Assembly (NCBI GenBank): GCA_003598055.1
Contig: QZKI01000062.1
Coordinates: forward strand, 9,131 to 73,130
Origin: Candidatus Abyssobacteria bacterium SURF_17
GTDB taxonomy: Bacteria > Abyssobacteria > SURF-5
Length of the DNA stretch: 64,000 nucleotides
Reading direction: 5' to 3'
The stretch's first letter is position 1. Each line of letters opens with the position of its first letter. The position numbers and the translations under genes are program-made. This document shows, piece by piece, positions 29,362 through 38,970 of this stretch. A model generated the notes under the pieces. That model was given only the letters and a program-made list of their open reading frames with translations. It did not search any database and had not been told where the DNA came from.

Positions 29362-30857
29362 ACCAACATAGAACGGACATCCGGCAGCAAGCCATATCTG
29401 GAATCATGTGGACTGCGCTGACCCAAATATTGAGCGAGGTGATTCGCTTTTCCATCGCCGTCGCTCTCGCGCGGCTGGTTGCCCCCGAAGAATTCGGTCT
29501 CATCGGGATGGTTACGGTTTTCACGGGCTTTGCCAACCTATTCAGGGAGGTGGGCTTCGGCTCCGCCATCATCCAACGCCAAGATATTGAAGAACGCCAT
29601 CTGAGCTCGGTCTTCTGGTTCAACGTTGCCGCAGGCCTGCTTCTAACCCTCATCGTTGGAGCGTGCGCTCCATTGATTGCATCTTTTTACGACAAACCCA
29701 TTCTCATTCCTCTTACCCTGGTGATTTCACTGAACTTCACCATCGGGTCCGTCAATGTCGTGCACAATGCGCTGATGAACAAGAAGATGGAATTCCGACG
29801 ACTGGCAATGATCCGAATCGGGACGATTTTAATCGGTGGTGTCATTGCGGTCATAATGGCGGTGAACGGATTCGGCGTGTGGAGTCTGGTGGCAAAGTCG
29901 GTAGCAGCGGCCATTACTCAAGTTGGAATCATGTGGTATTTGTCGGATTGGAAGCCGAGATTTATTTGGAGTCTGGATGCGCTCAGAGAATTACTCGGTT
30001 TCAGTCTTAATCTTTTCGGTTTCAGGGTCTTCAACTACTGGATGACCAATGCCGATAATCTGCTCATTGGCAAGTACCTCGGCACCGCGTCGCTGGGCAT
30101 ATACGACCGCGCTTTTGGTCTCATGAGACTGCCATTGGACGAGGTGTCGGGAGTGCTTAGCCGCGTGATGTTTCCCGCCCTATCGACTATTCAACGCGAC
30201 AAAGAAAGGATAAAGGGAATATTCCTGAAATCCAATCGCGTTATCGCACTCATTACGTTCCCGCTGATGATAGGGCTTCTGGTGGTCGCAAGGTCGTTCA
30301 TTATTGCCATATATGGCCCGAAATGGGAAGGTGTGATCCCAATTCTTCAGATTTTTTGCATCGAAGGAATGGGGCGCTCCATAGGAACAACGAAGGGATG
30401 GATTTTTCTCACTCAAGGGAGAACGGACCTTATGTTCAAATGGGGCCTGTTCGCGGGGGTTGTCAGAATCGCAAGCATTGTCATTGGATTGCATTGGGGA
30501 GTAGTCGGCGTCGCAGCAGCCATCGTGATCGGAGGCTATGCGATACTCTGGTATCCGGCTTGGGTCATTCCTGGGCGTCTGATTAACTTATCCTTCAGGG
30601 AGGCGCTGGCGAATCTCCGCTCGCCTCTTTGGTGCTCATTGGCAATGGCGTTGGCGGTTGCCGGCGTCGGGTTCATGCTGCCCGCTCATTGGCCGCATTG
30701 GGCTCGACTTACGGCGCAGGTTCCCTTCGGGATTGTACTGTATGCGCTCCTTATCCACATCTTCGGAATCCGGGCATATCGGGAAATGCGCGAATTGGCC
30801 GCCGAGCAATGGCAAGTGCGTTTTTCCAGGTCGAAGGATACGAAAACGCCTGCGTAA
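29358..30857 (+). CDS. Wzx-type oligosaccharide flippase (MOP/PST family polysaccharide biosynthesis protein)
   Basis: 499 aa with ~14 predicted TM helices. PST-family N-terminal pattern. Confidence 0.75.
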   Translation: MNQHRTDIRQQAISGIMWTALTQILSEVIRFSIAVALARLVAPEEFGLIGMVTVFTGFANLFREVGFGSAIIQRQDIEERHLSSVFWFNVAAGLLLTLIVGACAPLIASFYDKPILIPLTLVISLNFTIGSVNVVHNALMNKKMEFRRLAMIRIGTILIGGVIAVIMAVNGFGVWSLVAKSVAAAITQVGIMWYLSDWKPRFIWSLDALRELLGFSLNLFGFRVFNYWMTNADNLLIGKYLGTASLGIYDRAFGLMRLPLDEVSGVLSRVMFPALSTIQRDKERIKGIFLKSNRVIALITFPLMIGLLVVARSFIIAIYGPKWEGVIPILQIFCIEGMGRSIGTTKGWIFLTQGRTDLMFKWGLFAGVVRIASIVIGLHWGVVGVAAAIVIGGYAILWYPAWVIPGRLINLSFREALANLRSPLWCSLAMALAVAGVGFMLPAHWPHWARLTAQVPFGIVLYALLIHIFGIRAYREMRELAAEQWQVRFSRSKDTKTPA

Positions 30858-30877
30858 GAGAGAAGCAAAGCATATTG

Positions 30878-31660
30878 ATGAACCGGTGTTCCTGTGGCGA
30901 GTGCTTTCTCTCCCGACGATGCGAAGTCATCTTAGAACCAGACTTGAGTCTCTACACATGCGGATATGATGGGTTCCCAATGAAGCGGGAGAACTATATC
31001 AAGGTTCATCTCAAGGACATTGCGGTGCTGCCGCCAATTGACCTCGTGAAGACCAAGTTTCGAGCGATACACCCCGGTACGGGAACCGGCCTCATGAGCG
31101 ACGAGGATTACCGACGGCTTTCTTATGTCTATTCAAGCATCAAGCATTTTGCTTCCGTTCTCGATATAGGTGTGGGCGCCGGGCAGTTTGTGAACAGTCT
31201 TGCCGTGTCCGGCAGGTTTGAAAGAGTTTGCGGCATCGATATTACAAAGCACTCTAACTACGAAAGATTCACCGATTCGTATGAACTCAAGACACAAAAC
31301 GTCGCCGATATGCCATTCGACGATGGAGAATTCGATGTGGTCGTATGCATGGAAGTTCTTGAACACCTTGAAAGCGAGACGTTGGTGAAGGCATTGAGTG
31401 AGATTCGGCGCGTGTGTCGGAAGCAGTTGCTTGTGACCGTTCCGTTTAATGAACGGGTGTTGCCGAAGTATCACTGTATGAGATTTACTGATGAAGATGT
31501 AGCCCACCTCTTCCCAGATGCTCACTGCCGTCTGTTGTTGAGAAATCCAGAACGCAAGCTCCTGCGTGCATTAAGACGGCCTTTGCCGACTCCGTGGCTT
31601 TTGATTGAGGAAAACTATTCTCGAACAATCCCGAATGCCTGCAAGGCGCGGCGAGAGTGA
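30878..31660 (+). CDS. SAM-dependent methyltransferase with N-terminal Cys4 zinc-ribbon
   Basis: The ORF is open from 30629 overlapping wzx. The ATG at 30878 after the wzx stop gives MNRCSCGEC...YTCGYDG (zinc ribbon), then motif I LDIGVGAGQFV and ...VVVCMEVLEHL. Confidence 0.65.
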   Translation: MNRCSCGECFLSRRCEVILEPDLSLYTCGYDGFPMKRENYIKVHLKDIAVLPPIDLVKTKFRAIHPGTGTGLMSDEDYRRLSYVYSSIKHFASVLDIGVGAGQFVNSLAVSGRFERVCGIDITKHSNYERFTDSYELKTQNVADMPFDDGEFDVVVCMEVLEHLESETLVKALSEIRRVCRKQLLVTVPFNERVLPKYHCMRFTDEDVAHLFPDAHCRLLLRNPERKLLRALRRPLPTPWLLIEENYSRTIPNACKARRE

Positions 31661-31736
31661 TGCAGCGCTATTTTTTTTCGCAAGGTATGGTGCGAACCGG
31701 TCCCTTGTTTCAATTTAAGAAGGGGAAGCCTGAGTA

Positions 31737-32960
31737 ATGAAGGTCCTTCACGTTTTCTCTAACATACACGACATATCCGGATATCAGGTGAGAAGCAAGT
31801 ATGTCCTGGACAATCAAAAACGAATGGGGCTTGACCTGGCTGCCGCATCCATGTGGGATGGGACATCCGGTGGGGGTAAAATCTTCAATGGTAATGTGCC
31901 CGTCTTTCTTTTTGATGTTCGTGAAGGTTTCAAGAAGCTGCCGAATATTCCGATACCCATCCCCTACCTCCGCGAAGCAGGCAGGGAAGTGAGGCGTTAC
32001 GCTGTGCGCCGCATTTTCCGGTCATACCTGAGCCAAGTAATTGAAAGAACCAGGCCGGATATAGTCCACGCCCACTCATCATGGAAGACAGCCCTTCAGG
32101 CATTTGCTGCCGCGCGCAGGGCAAGGTTGCCGTTTCTCTACGAGATACGAGGCGTGTGGGAGGAGACCGCTGTCGCTGAGCGGGAAATCAGCAGGCTCGG
32201 CTTCGAGTATGTGCGGTCCAGATTCCATGAGAATCACCTCATCCGAGAATCCGACGCAATAGTCACGCTTTCTGAAGGACTCAAGCAGGACCTCTGCGCA
32301 CGAGGCGGTAATCCAAACCGCATCAGCGTTATCCCAAACGGCGTCGACACCGCCGAGTTTATGCCCGTCCCGCGCGACGTGCAGTTGGCGGAATCACTCG
32401 CATGCGGCCAGCGGACAATCGTTGGTTACATTTCATCCTTGAGAAAATTGGAGGGCATTAAGTACCTCGTCCAGGCCATGCGAAAAGTGGATGAGTGCAT
32501 ATGTGCGGTTATTGTCGGCGACGGTTCGGAAAGGGAATCGCTGGAAAGGTATGCCCGAGACCTTGGGGTGCAGGATAGAATCAAATTTGTCGGGTCCGTG
32601 CCGCATGCGGGAATAGCGAGATACTACTCCATCATCGATATTTTTGTTGTCCCGCGCATACGGCAAAAAGTGTGCGAACTCGTGACGCCTCTCAAGCCAC
32701 TCGAAGCGATGGCGATGGGCAAGTGTCTCCTGATGAGTGACGTGGGTGGATTGAGGGAATTGGCATCTGAGGAGGAGACGGCGCAATTCTTCGAGCCGGA
32801 GAACAGCGAGTCCCTTGCCGATAAGCTTCGCCTGCTGGTGGCTGACGCTGAACTGCGGCGCAAGATGGGCGAAAAAGCGCGCCGATATGTGGTCGAGAAG
32901 AGAGATTGGCGCGGGCTTGTCAATCAATATATTCCTATATACGAGAATCTGATGAGGTAG
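31737..32960 (+). CDS. glycosyltransferase family 4
   Basis: GT-B with C-terminal KPLEAMAMGKCLLMSDVGGLRE. Confidence 0.8.
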   Translation: MKVLHVFSNIHDISGYQVRSKYVLDNQKRMGLDLAAASMWDGTSGGGKIFNGNVPVFLFDVREGFKKLPNIPIPIPYLREAGREVRRYAVRRIFRSYLSQVIERTRPDIVHAHSSWKTALQAFAAARRARLPFLYEIRGVWEETAVAEREISRLGFEYVRSRFHENHLIRESDAIVTLSEGLKQDLCARGGNPNRISVIPNGVDTAEFMPVPRDVQLAESLACGQRTIVGYISSLRKLEGIKYLVQAMRKVDECICAVIVGDGSERESLERYARDLGVQDRIKFVGSVPHAGIARYYSIIDIFVVPRIRQKVCELVTPLKPLEAMAMGKCLLMSDVGGLRELASEEETAQFFEPENSESLADKLRLLVADAELRRKMGEKARRYVVEKRDWRGLVNQYIPIYENLMR

Positions 32961-32966
32961 CAGTCG

Positions 32967-34124
32967 ATGCGAAAGGTGGCGCACTACTCGCCGGTTTATC
33001 TCTCACTCACAAAGACATGGCTGTATGCGCAAGTAGCACATCTGAAAAGATTCGAACCGATTGTTCTCTGCCGTCGCACCGAGAATGTCAGCCAGTTTCC
33101 CGTAAAGGAGATATTCTCATTTCGCGATTCGCTTTCATCGTTTTCAAGGCGGTATTACAGATGGCGTCACGGCAAGGATCCTTACCTGAGATACTACGAG
33201 TCGGTCATGAAAGCGCAAAGACCGGTCTTGATACACGCTCATTTCGGCAATTGCGGTCATCATATACTCCCGCTGGCGGAAAGACTCGACCTTCCTTTAG
33301 TTACGTCTTTCTATGGGTACGACGTGAGCCATCTGACGCAGGCTGACCCCGTTTGGATTGAAAGATACAAGGAGCTCTTTCATGGCGGGAAAATCTTCAT
33401 CGTCGAGGGCGCGCACATGGGGCGAATGCTGGAGTCGCTCGGGTGCCCGCCGGAAAAAATAAGAATCGTTCGCCTCGGGATAGACCTCGCCAGGATACCG
33501 TACCGCGAGCGAGCGGCAGAAAATGAAATTCGTATTCTTGCCGCAGGCTCGTTTCGTGAAAAGAAAGGACATCCATTCGCCATCGAGGCAGTTGGCAGGA
33601 TAGCGCAGAAACATCGGAATGTCTCATTTACAATCATAGGAGATGCGGCTGAACACATCCCCCGCGAGGCAGCGGAAAAAAAGAAGATACTGGCAGCAAT
33701 CGGGCGCCCGGGCCTCTCCGGCCGTGTGAGGCTCTTGGGATATCAGCCCTACGACGTCTTCATCCGAGAGCTGTACGAGCATCATATTTTCATCAGCCCG
33801 AGCGTTAATGCTGCCGACGGAGACAACGAGGGCGGCGCGCCTGTAAGCATAATCGAAGCGTCTGCATCCGGGATGCCCATTGTCTCCACGAAACACTGTG
33901 ATATACCCGAAGTGGTTCTGGATGGGGTGAGCGGACTTCTCGTCGCGGAGAGAGACACTGAGGCGCTGGCCGATAGATTGGACCACTTGTGCAGTCATCC
34001 TGACCTCTGGAGAGAAATGGGACTCGCAGGGAGAAAACACATCGAGGAGGACTACGACATACATAAACAGATTCCCAAGCTGGAAGATATCTATGAATAT
34101 GCTGCATCTGGTAGGATACCATAG
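32967..34124 (+). CDS. glycosyltransferase family 4
   Basis: C-terminal EGGAPVSIIEASASGMPIVSTKHCDIPEV. Confidence 0.8.
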   Translation: MRKVAHYSPVYLSLTKTWLYAQVAHLKRFEPIVLCRRTENVSQFPVKEIFSFRDSLSSFSRRYYRWRHGKDPYLRYYESVMKAQRPVLIHAHFGNCGHHILPLAERLDLPLVTSFYGYDVSHLTQADPVWIERYKELFHGGKIFIVEGAHMGRMLESLGCPPEKIRIVRLGIDLARIPYRERAAENEIRILAAGSFREKKGHPFAIEAVGRIAQKHRNVSFTIIGDAAEHIPREAAEKKKILAAIGRPGLSGRVRLLGYQPYDVFIRELYEHHIFISPSVNAADGDNEGGAPVSIIEASASGMPIVSTKHCDIPEVVLDGVSGLLVAERDTEALADRLDHLCSHPDLWREMGLAGRKHIEEDYDIHKQIPKLEDIYEYAASGRIP

Positions 34125-35720
34125 ATGAGAATCTGCATGATTCTGAAAAATAATGACCTCATCAATGACAATCGTGTGCGGAAAGAGGCTCAATCGTTGG
34201 CCGCCGCGGGTCACGAGGTCACCGTCCTCGCCCAGAAGACCGCTCGTTCCTCTTTCAACGAAATGATGGACGGAGCGAAGGTCATCAGAATCCCTTCCAT
34301 ATTCTGGAATCCCCGTCGGCTTTTTGTCGAGAAGGCAATAGAGCTTGACGCAGACGTATATCATGCACATGACCTATTCGCGCTGGACATAGCATTCGTG
34401 GCGGCTCGGGTAACAGGAGCCCGGCTGGTCTATGACTCGCATGAACTATGGTACTCGCGGGTGAAGTATAATTACAGGGCCCGGCTGATTCGTCGTTTGT
34501 TGTATTTAGTAAGGGAAAGAGCCCTTATTGGCGACGCGGACCGAGTCATCATGGTCTCGTCTCCCACCGCAGAACTCTTGAAAGAGAGATATGCGGTTCA
34601 CGACCCCGTTGTTATCCGTAATGTGCCGCTCCCGATGGCTCCTTTGCCATCGCCGGTCAATCTTCGAGATAAACTGCAGATAGGCGGGGACAAGAAGATT
34701 TTGCTTCATTTGGGGGGAATTCATAAATGGCGGGGTTTTGAGCAGATGCTCGAGGTTCTGGCAAGAAATGAACAACTCGTACTCCTTGCGATAGGCGGGG
34801 GGAACCAGGAGAGCGCCTATGAAAGACACTGTGAAGAAATCGCAGGTCGGCTGAGGGTTCGCGATCGTTTCAATATCCTCAAGGCGATGCCGTTTGATGA
34901 GATGATGGCCCACGCTCGAGGGGCAGATGTGGGTATGTGTCTCACACAGAATATCAATCTCCATTACTATACGACTTTGTCGAACAAATTTTTCGATTAC
35001 GCCCTGGCAGGTCTGCCGATAGTGGCAAGCGATTTCCCGGTCATGAGAGAATTGGTGGATAAATACCATATTGGAAAGCTCGTTGACCCTGCTGACGCCA
35101 AAGATATCGAGCTGAAAACGGCAGAGATTCTCTGGAACAATGAAACATATCAAGAAATGCGCAGGAACTGCTCCCGCCTGATCGAAGAGAACAATTGGGA
35201 GCGAGAATCGGAAAAGCTGCTCGAGATATACGACGAAATTCCTGTGCGCCATCGACATCGTGAGGCACGCACAGACTATCAAAGAAAATTCCGGTCCATT
35301 CTGATTCTGGGAATCGACGAAACCTCACTCGACGTTCCCGAGATGTTAAAGGAAAGGTTCAGGCCGGAAACGATGCTTGCGGTCTATGAGGGAAACACCA
35401 TGCCGCCGGCCGAGGATGGCCTCCGTTGGATGAGACTCAGGCCTTTGCGGCAGGCTCTTCGCGCTTGTAGGCGGAAATCTCCCGATGCCGTGATCACCAG
35501 TTATTCGGCGCAAGGGTTGTCGAAGCTTCTCTTGTACGACCTACTTTCCGTTTCTCTTGGCATGAAACAGCGGTTTGTCTATTTCCCGTTTATCGACCTG
35601 GTCTATGAACTCGACAGGAATATTTTCCTCCGAAAATTCCTGAATCGATTCAGCACGCAATGCTATTTCATGAGGAAGACAGTCCCATTGAAGGGATCTG
35701 TGAAGGGACTGTTCATTTAG
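34125..35720 (+). CDS. GT4-like glycosyltransferase with conserved uncharacterised ~160-aa C-terminal domain (tandem paralog 1 of 3)
   Basis: N-terminus MRICMILKNNDLINDNRVRKEA...ADVYHAHDL...YDSHELW. GT-B C-half TLSNKFFDYALAGLPIVASD, then a C-terminal extension ending ...YFPFIDL... Confidence 0.65.
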   Translation: MRICMILKNNDLINDNRVRKEAQSLAAAGHEVTVLAQKTARSSFNEMMDGAKVIRIPSIFWNPRRLFVEKAIELDADVYHAHDLFALDIAFVAARVTGARLVYDSHELWYSRVKYNYRARLIRRLLYLVRERALIGDADRVIMVSSPTAELLKERYAVHDPVVIRNVPLPMAPLPSPVNLRDKLQIGGDKKILLHLGGIHKWRGFEQMLEVLARNEQLVLLAIGGGNQESAYERHCEEIAGRLRVRDRFNILKAMPFDEMMAHARGADVGMCLTQNINLHYYTTLSNKFFDYALAGLPIVASDFPVMRELVDKYHIGKLVDPADAKDIELKTAEILWNNETYQEMRRNCSRLIEENNWERESEKLLEIYDEIPVRHRHREARTDYQRKFRSILILGIDETSLDVPEMLKERFRPETMLAVYEGNTMPPAEDGLRWMRLRPLRQALRACRRKSPDAVITSYSAQGLSKLLLYDLLSVSLGMKQRFVYFPFIDLVYELDRNIFLRKFLNRFSTQCYFMRKTVPLKGSVKGLFI

Positions 35721-35732
35721 GAGACTCGCTCG

Positions 35733-37331
35733 TTGAAAGTCTGCATGCTGTTGAAGTCGAACGACCTCATCAATGACAACAGAGTGCGGAAAGAATCTCG
35801 TTCATTGTCGGAGGCCGGCCATGAAGTGACAGTTCTGGCGAGGAAATACGAACGGTCGGCATATAGCGAGAGGATAGACGGCGTGAACGTAATTCGGATT
35901 CCGTGGATACTCGGGGACCCGAGACGGCTCTTTATTGAAAAAGCAATCGAAATCGATGCGGATGTTTACCATGCGCATGACCTCTCGACGCTGGATATAG
36001 CTTTTGTTGCCGCTCGCGCCACAGGAGCGCGGATCGTCTATGATTCTCATGAACTGTGGCACATACGAGTCAAGCGTTTGTACAAGACCCGCCCAATCAG
36101 GCGATGGTCATTTCTCTTGAGAGAGAAGCATTTGATCGGCAAGGTCGACCGAATTATTACCGTCTCCGATCCGGCTGCCGAACTGCTCAAAAACAGATAT
36201 CGCCTAAACGACCCCGTCGTTATCCGCAATGTTCCTCCGCGGATAGTTCCGCCCGCGCCAATCGACCTGAGACCGAAACTTCACATTAGCGATGACAAGG
36301 TGATACTGCTTCACCTGGGAATGATTACCCAATGGCGTGGTTTCGAGCAGATGCTGGAAGTGCTCGCCATAAACGAACGGTTCGTGCTTGTGGCTATTGG
36401 CGGCGGAATGGGCGATGGCGTCTTCGAGGAGAAGTGCCGCCAATTGGCGGACCGGCTGGGGGTTCGCAACCGTTTCAAGATTCTCAACGCGATGCCGTTC
36501 GATGAGATGATAGCCCACGCGCGAGGAGCGGACGTGGGCATGTGTCTCACGCAAAACATCAGCATTCACTACTACACGACTCTCTCGAACAAGTTCTTCG
36601 ACTATTTTCTCGCAGGCCTCCCTGTGATTGCGAGCGATTTTCCTGTTATGAGCCGCCTGATAGAGCATTATGAGGTTGGGAAGGTTGTTGACCCATCGGA
36701 TCCGAAGGACATCAATCTCAAACTAAACGAGATGTTTGCTGATAGCCGCAAATATGATGCGATGCGAAGGAACTGTTTGAGTCTCATTGAAGAGAATAAC
36801 TGGGAACGTGAATCCAAGAAACTGGTTGAGATGTATAGTTCGCTTGTGCCGGAATCGGTGGTGAAGAAACCGATGAGCGCGATGAATGCGAAATCAGGGT
36901 CAGTCCTATTTATTGCCCTCACCACGATTGACAGTGAAATGTTGGGAACGTTGCTCAAGAGGTTCCCGGCCGAAAATATCACAGTCATGCTCTCTGATCC
37001 GGTTCACAAATTCACCGCTGAAAACGTTGATGTGGTAAACACACGCTCGTTGCGGAGAGTTCTCAGAGCATGCACGCGAAAGAACTATGATATGATTGTT
37101 ACGTGTTACCAGAACCAGGGATTCTTGACACTTCTCATGTATGATCTTATTTCCTTCCTCTGCAGAAAGCGAGAACAGAGGGCATATTTCCCATTCATTG
37201 ACCTTGATTATCCCATACGATGCAATGTGTTTCTCACAGAACGCTTCCATTTGAACAAACTCAACACGAGATACTATCTCCTGAAACAAGCGACCAAATT
37301 CGGCTGCCTTCGTGAAGGGTTCTTCATCTAG
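35733..37331 (+). CDS. GT4-like glycosyltransferase with the same C-terminal domain (tandem paralog 2)
   Basis: ~70% identical to paralog 1 over the N-terminal 110 aa (MKVCMLLKSNDLINDNRVRKES...). Same motifs and C-terminal YFPFIDL segment. Confidence 0.65.
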   Translation: MKVCMLLKSNDLINDNRVRKESRSLSEAGHEVTVLARKYERSAYSERIDGVNVIRIPWILGDPRRLFIEKAIEIDADVYHAHDLSTLDIAFVAARATGARIVYDSHELWHIRVKRLYKTRPIRRWSFLLREKHLIGKVDRIITVSDPAAELLKNRYRLNDPVVIRNVPPRIVPPAPIDLRPKLHISDDKVILLHLGMITQWRGFEQMLEVLAINERFVLVAIGGGMGDGVFEEKCRQLADRLGVRNRFKILNAMPFDEMIAHARGADVGMCLTQNISIHYYTTLSNKFFDYFLAGLPVIASDFPVMSRLIEHYEVGKVVDPSDPKDINLKLNEMFADSRKYDAMRRNCLSLIEENNWERESKKLVEMYSSLVPESVVKKPMSAMNAKSGSVLFIALTTIDSEMLGTLLKRFPAENITVMLSDPVHKFTAENVDVVNTRSLRRVLRACTRKNYDMIVTCYQNQGFLTLLMYDLISFLCRKREQRAYFPFIDLDYPIRCNVFLTERFHLNKLNTRYYLLKQATKFGCLREGFFI

Positions 37332-37340
37332 ACGGGCAAA

Positions 37341-38969
37341 GTGATGAAAATCTGTATGATTGTGAAAAACAACGATTTTCTTTACGACAATCGCGTCAGA
37401 AAGGAAGCGGCCACCCTCGCGGGGGCCGGGCACCAGGTAGTCGTCCTCGCAAAGAAAACATCACGCTCGGAATCGCACGAAATCGACGGAGAGGTTGAGG
37501 TAATCAGAATCCCTTCCCTATTCTGGGACCCGCGGCGATTGTTTCTCGAGAAAGCTGTCGATATTGATGCAGACGTGTATCACGCACATGACCTCTACGC
37601 GCTGGACATTGGCGTCGTAGCCGCCCGCAGGACCGGCGCCTTCTGCATCTATGACTCACACGAACTGTGGACGGCGCTGCTTAAACAATATTGGGGCATT
37701 CGCTACCTGCGCCGCCTGTTCTATTGGATGCGCGAGCGCTTCCTGATACGTGAGTCCGACGTCGTGATTACGGTGAGCGATTCAATTGCGGAACTATTGA
37801 GAAAAAAATACCGGCTGGGGTATGTCGAGGTTGTCCGCAATGTCCCACTTCTCAAAGAAAATTCTTCCACGAAAGACTTGCGACAATTTCTCTCGATTGC
37901 GCGGGATCAGAAAATCATCGTCCATATCGGTGGAATCACCAAGGCGCGCGGGATTCAACACGTGATTGAAGCCATGAAGCTTAATGAGCACCTCGTGCTT
38001 GTGTGCATCGGCGCGGGTTTCATCGATGATCCTTACCTCATGAAACTCAAGACGTTGGCCTCGGAAGCAGGAGTATCCGATCGCGTTCATTTCCTGCCAT
38101 ACATGAAGCTCGATGAGATGATCGCGTATACGTCAAGCGGTGATATCGGGCTGTGCACGATTCTACCAACCACCCGGAGTTACCGGCTCAGCCTGCCAAA
38201 CAAGCTTTTCGATTACTTCCTTGCAGGTCTGCCAGTGGTGGCGAGTGATATTCCGGAAATTGCCGCACTGGTGAGAAAGTACGACGTGGGCATCACTGTG
38301 TCCCCGAATGACTCGGTCGCTCTCAGCCAAGCTCTCAAAGAACTGGTTGACGATTCCTCGACATATTTACGGATGAAACAGAACACCGCCCGTGCGCTGG
38401 AAGAGAATAACTGGGCAATTGAGTCCAGGAAACTCATCGGCGTGTATGAGCGTCTTGTCAATGGAAAAGCCATCGCGACCCGCCGTGGGCATCAGAACGT
38501 ACGCACTGAGCCGCGGAGAAACACTTTTATTCTCGCGCCAGGCTATCCGAGCAAGGAAACAGTCGAGCGTTTCACCAGACTCTATGCGGGGTCGCAGTTT
38601 ACTATTGTCGATTTTTCTCCTTGCCGCGAACGGCCTGCGGCGAAAGAATCCTGGAACTACGTGCCGGTTCGGAATGTCTTCGACCTTCTCAGGGCAATAT
38701 GGGTAACATGTTTTAGGTTCCCAGCTCGATGTGTGACGGTTTATGAAAGACCAAACTTCCTGCAGTTCATTGTCTACGACGTGATGAGTCTTATTGCGGG
38801 GGCGAGAAGCAGAATTGTGCACTTTCCCACACTTGAAGTCTCCTATCCGATATTCGCAAATATCTTCTTGCAGAAATACTTGAATCGGGTGGAGACCAAG
38901 ATTCATTTCCTTCGACAATTCATCAGAATTCTATTCACGCGGCGCAGCAAACCGGCCGGTCAACAGTAA
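37341..38969 (+). CDS. GT4-like glycosyltransferase with the same C-terminal domain (tandem paralog 3)
   Basis: MMKICMIVKNNDFLYDNRVRKEA... Same motif set. More divergent C-terminal domain. Confidence 0.65.
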   Translation: MMKICMIVKNNDFLYDNRVRKEAATLAGAGHQVVVLAKKTSRSESHEIDGEVEVIRIPSLFWDPRRLFLEKAVDIDADVYHAHDLYALDIGVVAARRTGAFCIYDSHELWTALLKQYWGIRYLRRLFYWMRERFLIRESDVVITVSDSIAELLRKKYRLGYVEVVRNVPLLKENSSTKDLRQFLSIARDQKIIVHIGGITKARGIQHVIEAMKLNEHLVLVCIGAGFIDDPYLMKLKTLASEAGVSDRVHFLPYMKLDEMIAYTSSGDIGLCTILPTTRSYRLSLPNKLFDYFLAGLPVVASDIPEIAALVRKYDVGITVSPNDSVALSQALKELVDDSSTYLRMKQNTARALEENNWAIESRKLIGVYERLVNGKAIATRRGHQNVRTEPRRNTFILAPGYPSKETVERFTRLYAGSQFTIVDFSPCRERPAAKESWNYVPVRNVFDLLRAIWVTCFRFPARCVTVYERPNFLQFIVYDVMSLIAGARSRIVHFPTLEVSYPIFANIFLQKYLNRVETKIHFLRQFIRILFTRRSKPAGQQ

Positions 38970-38970
38970 G

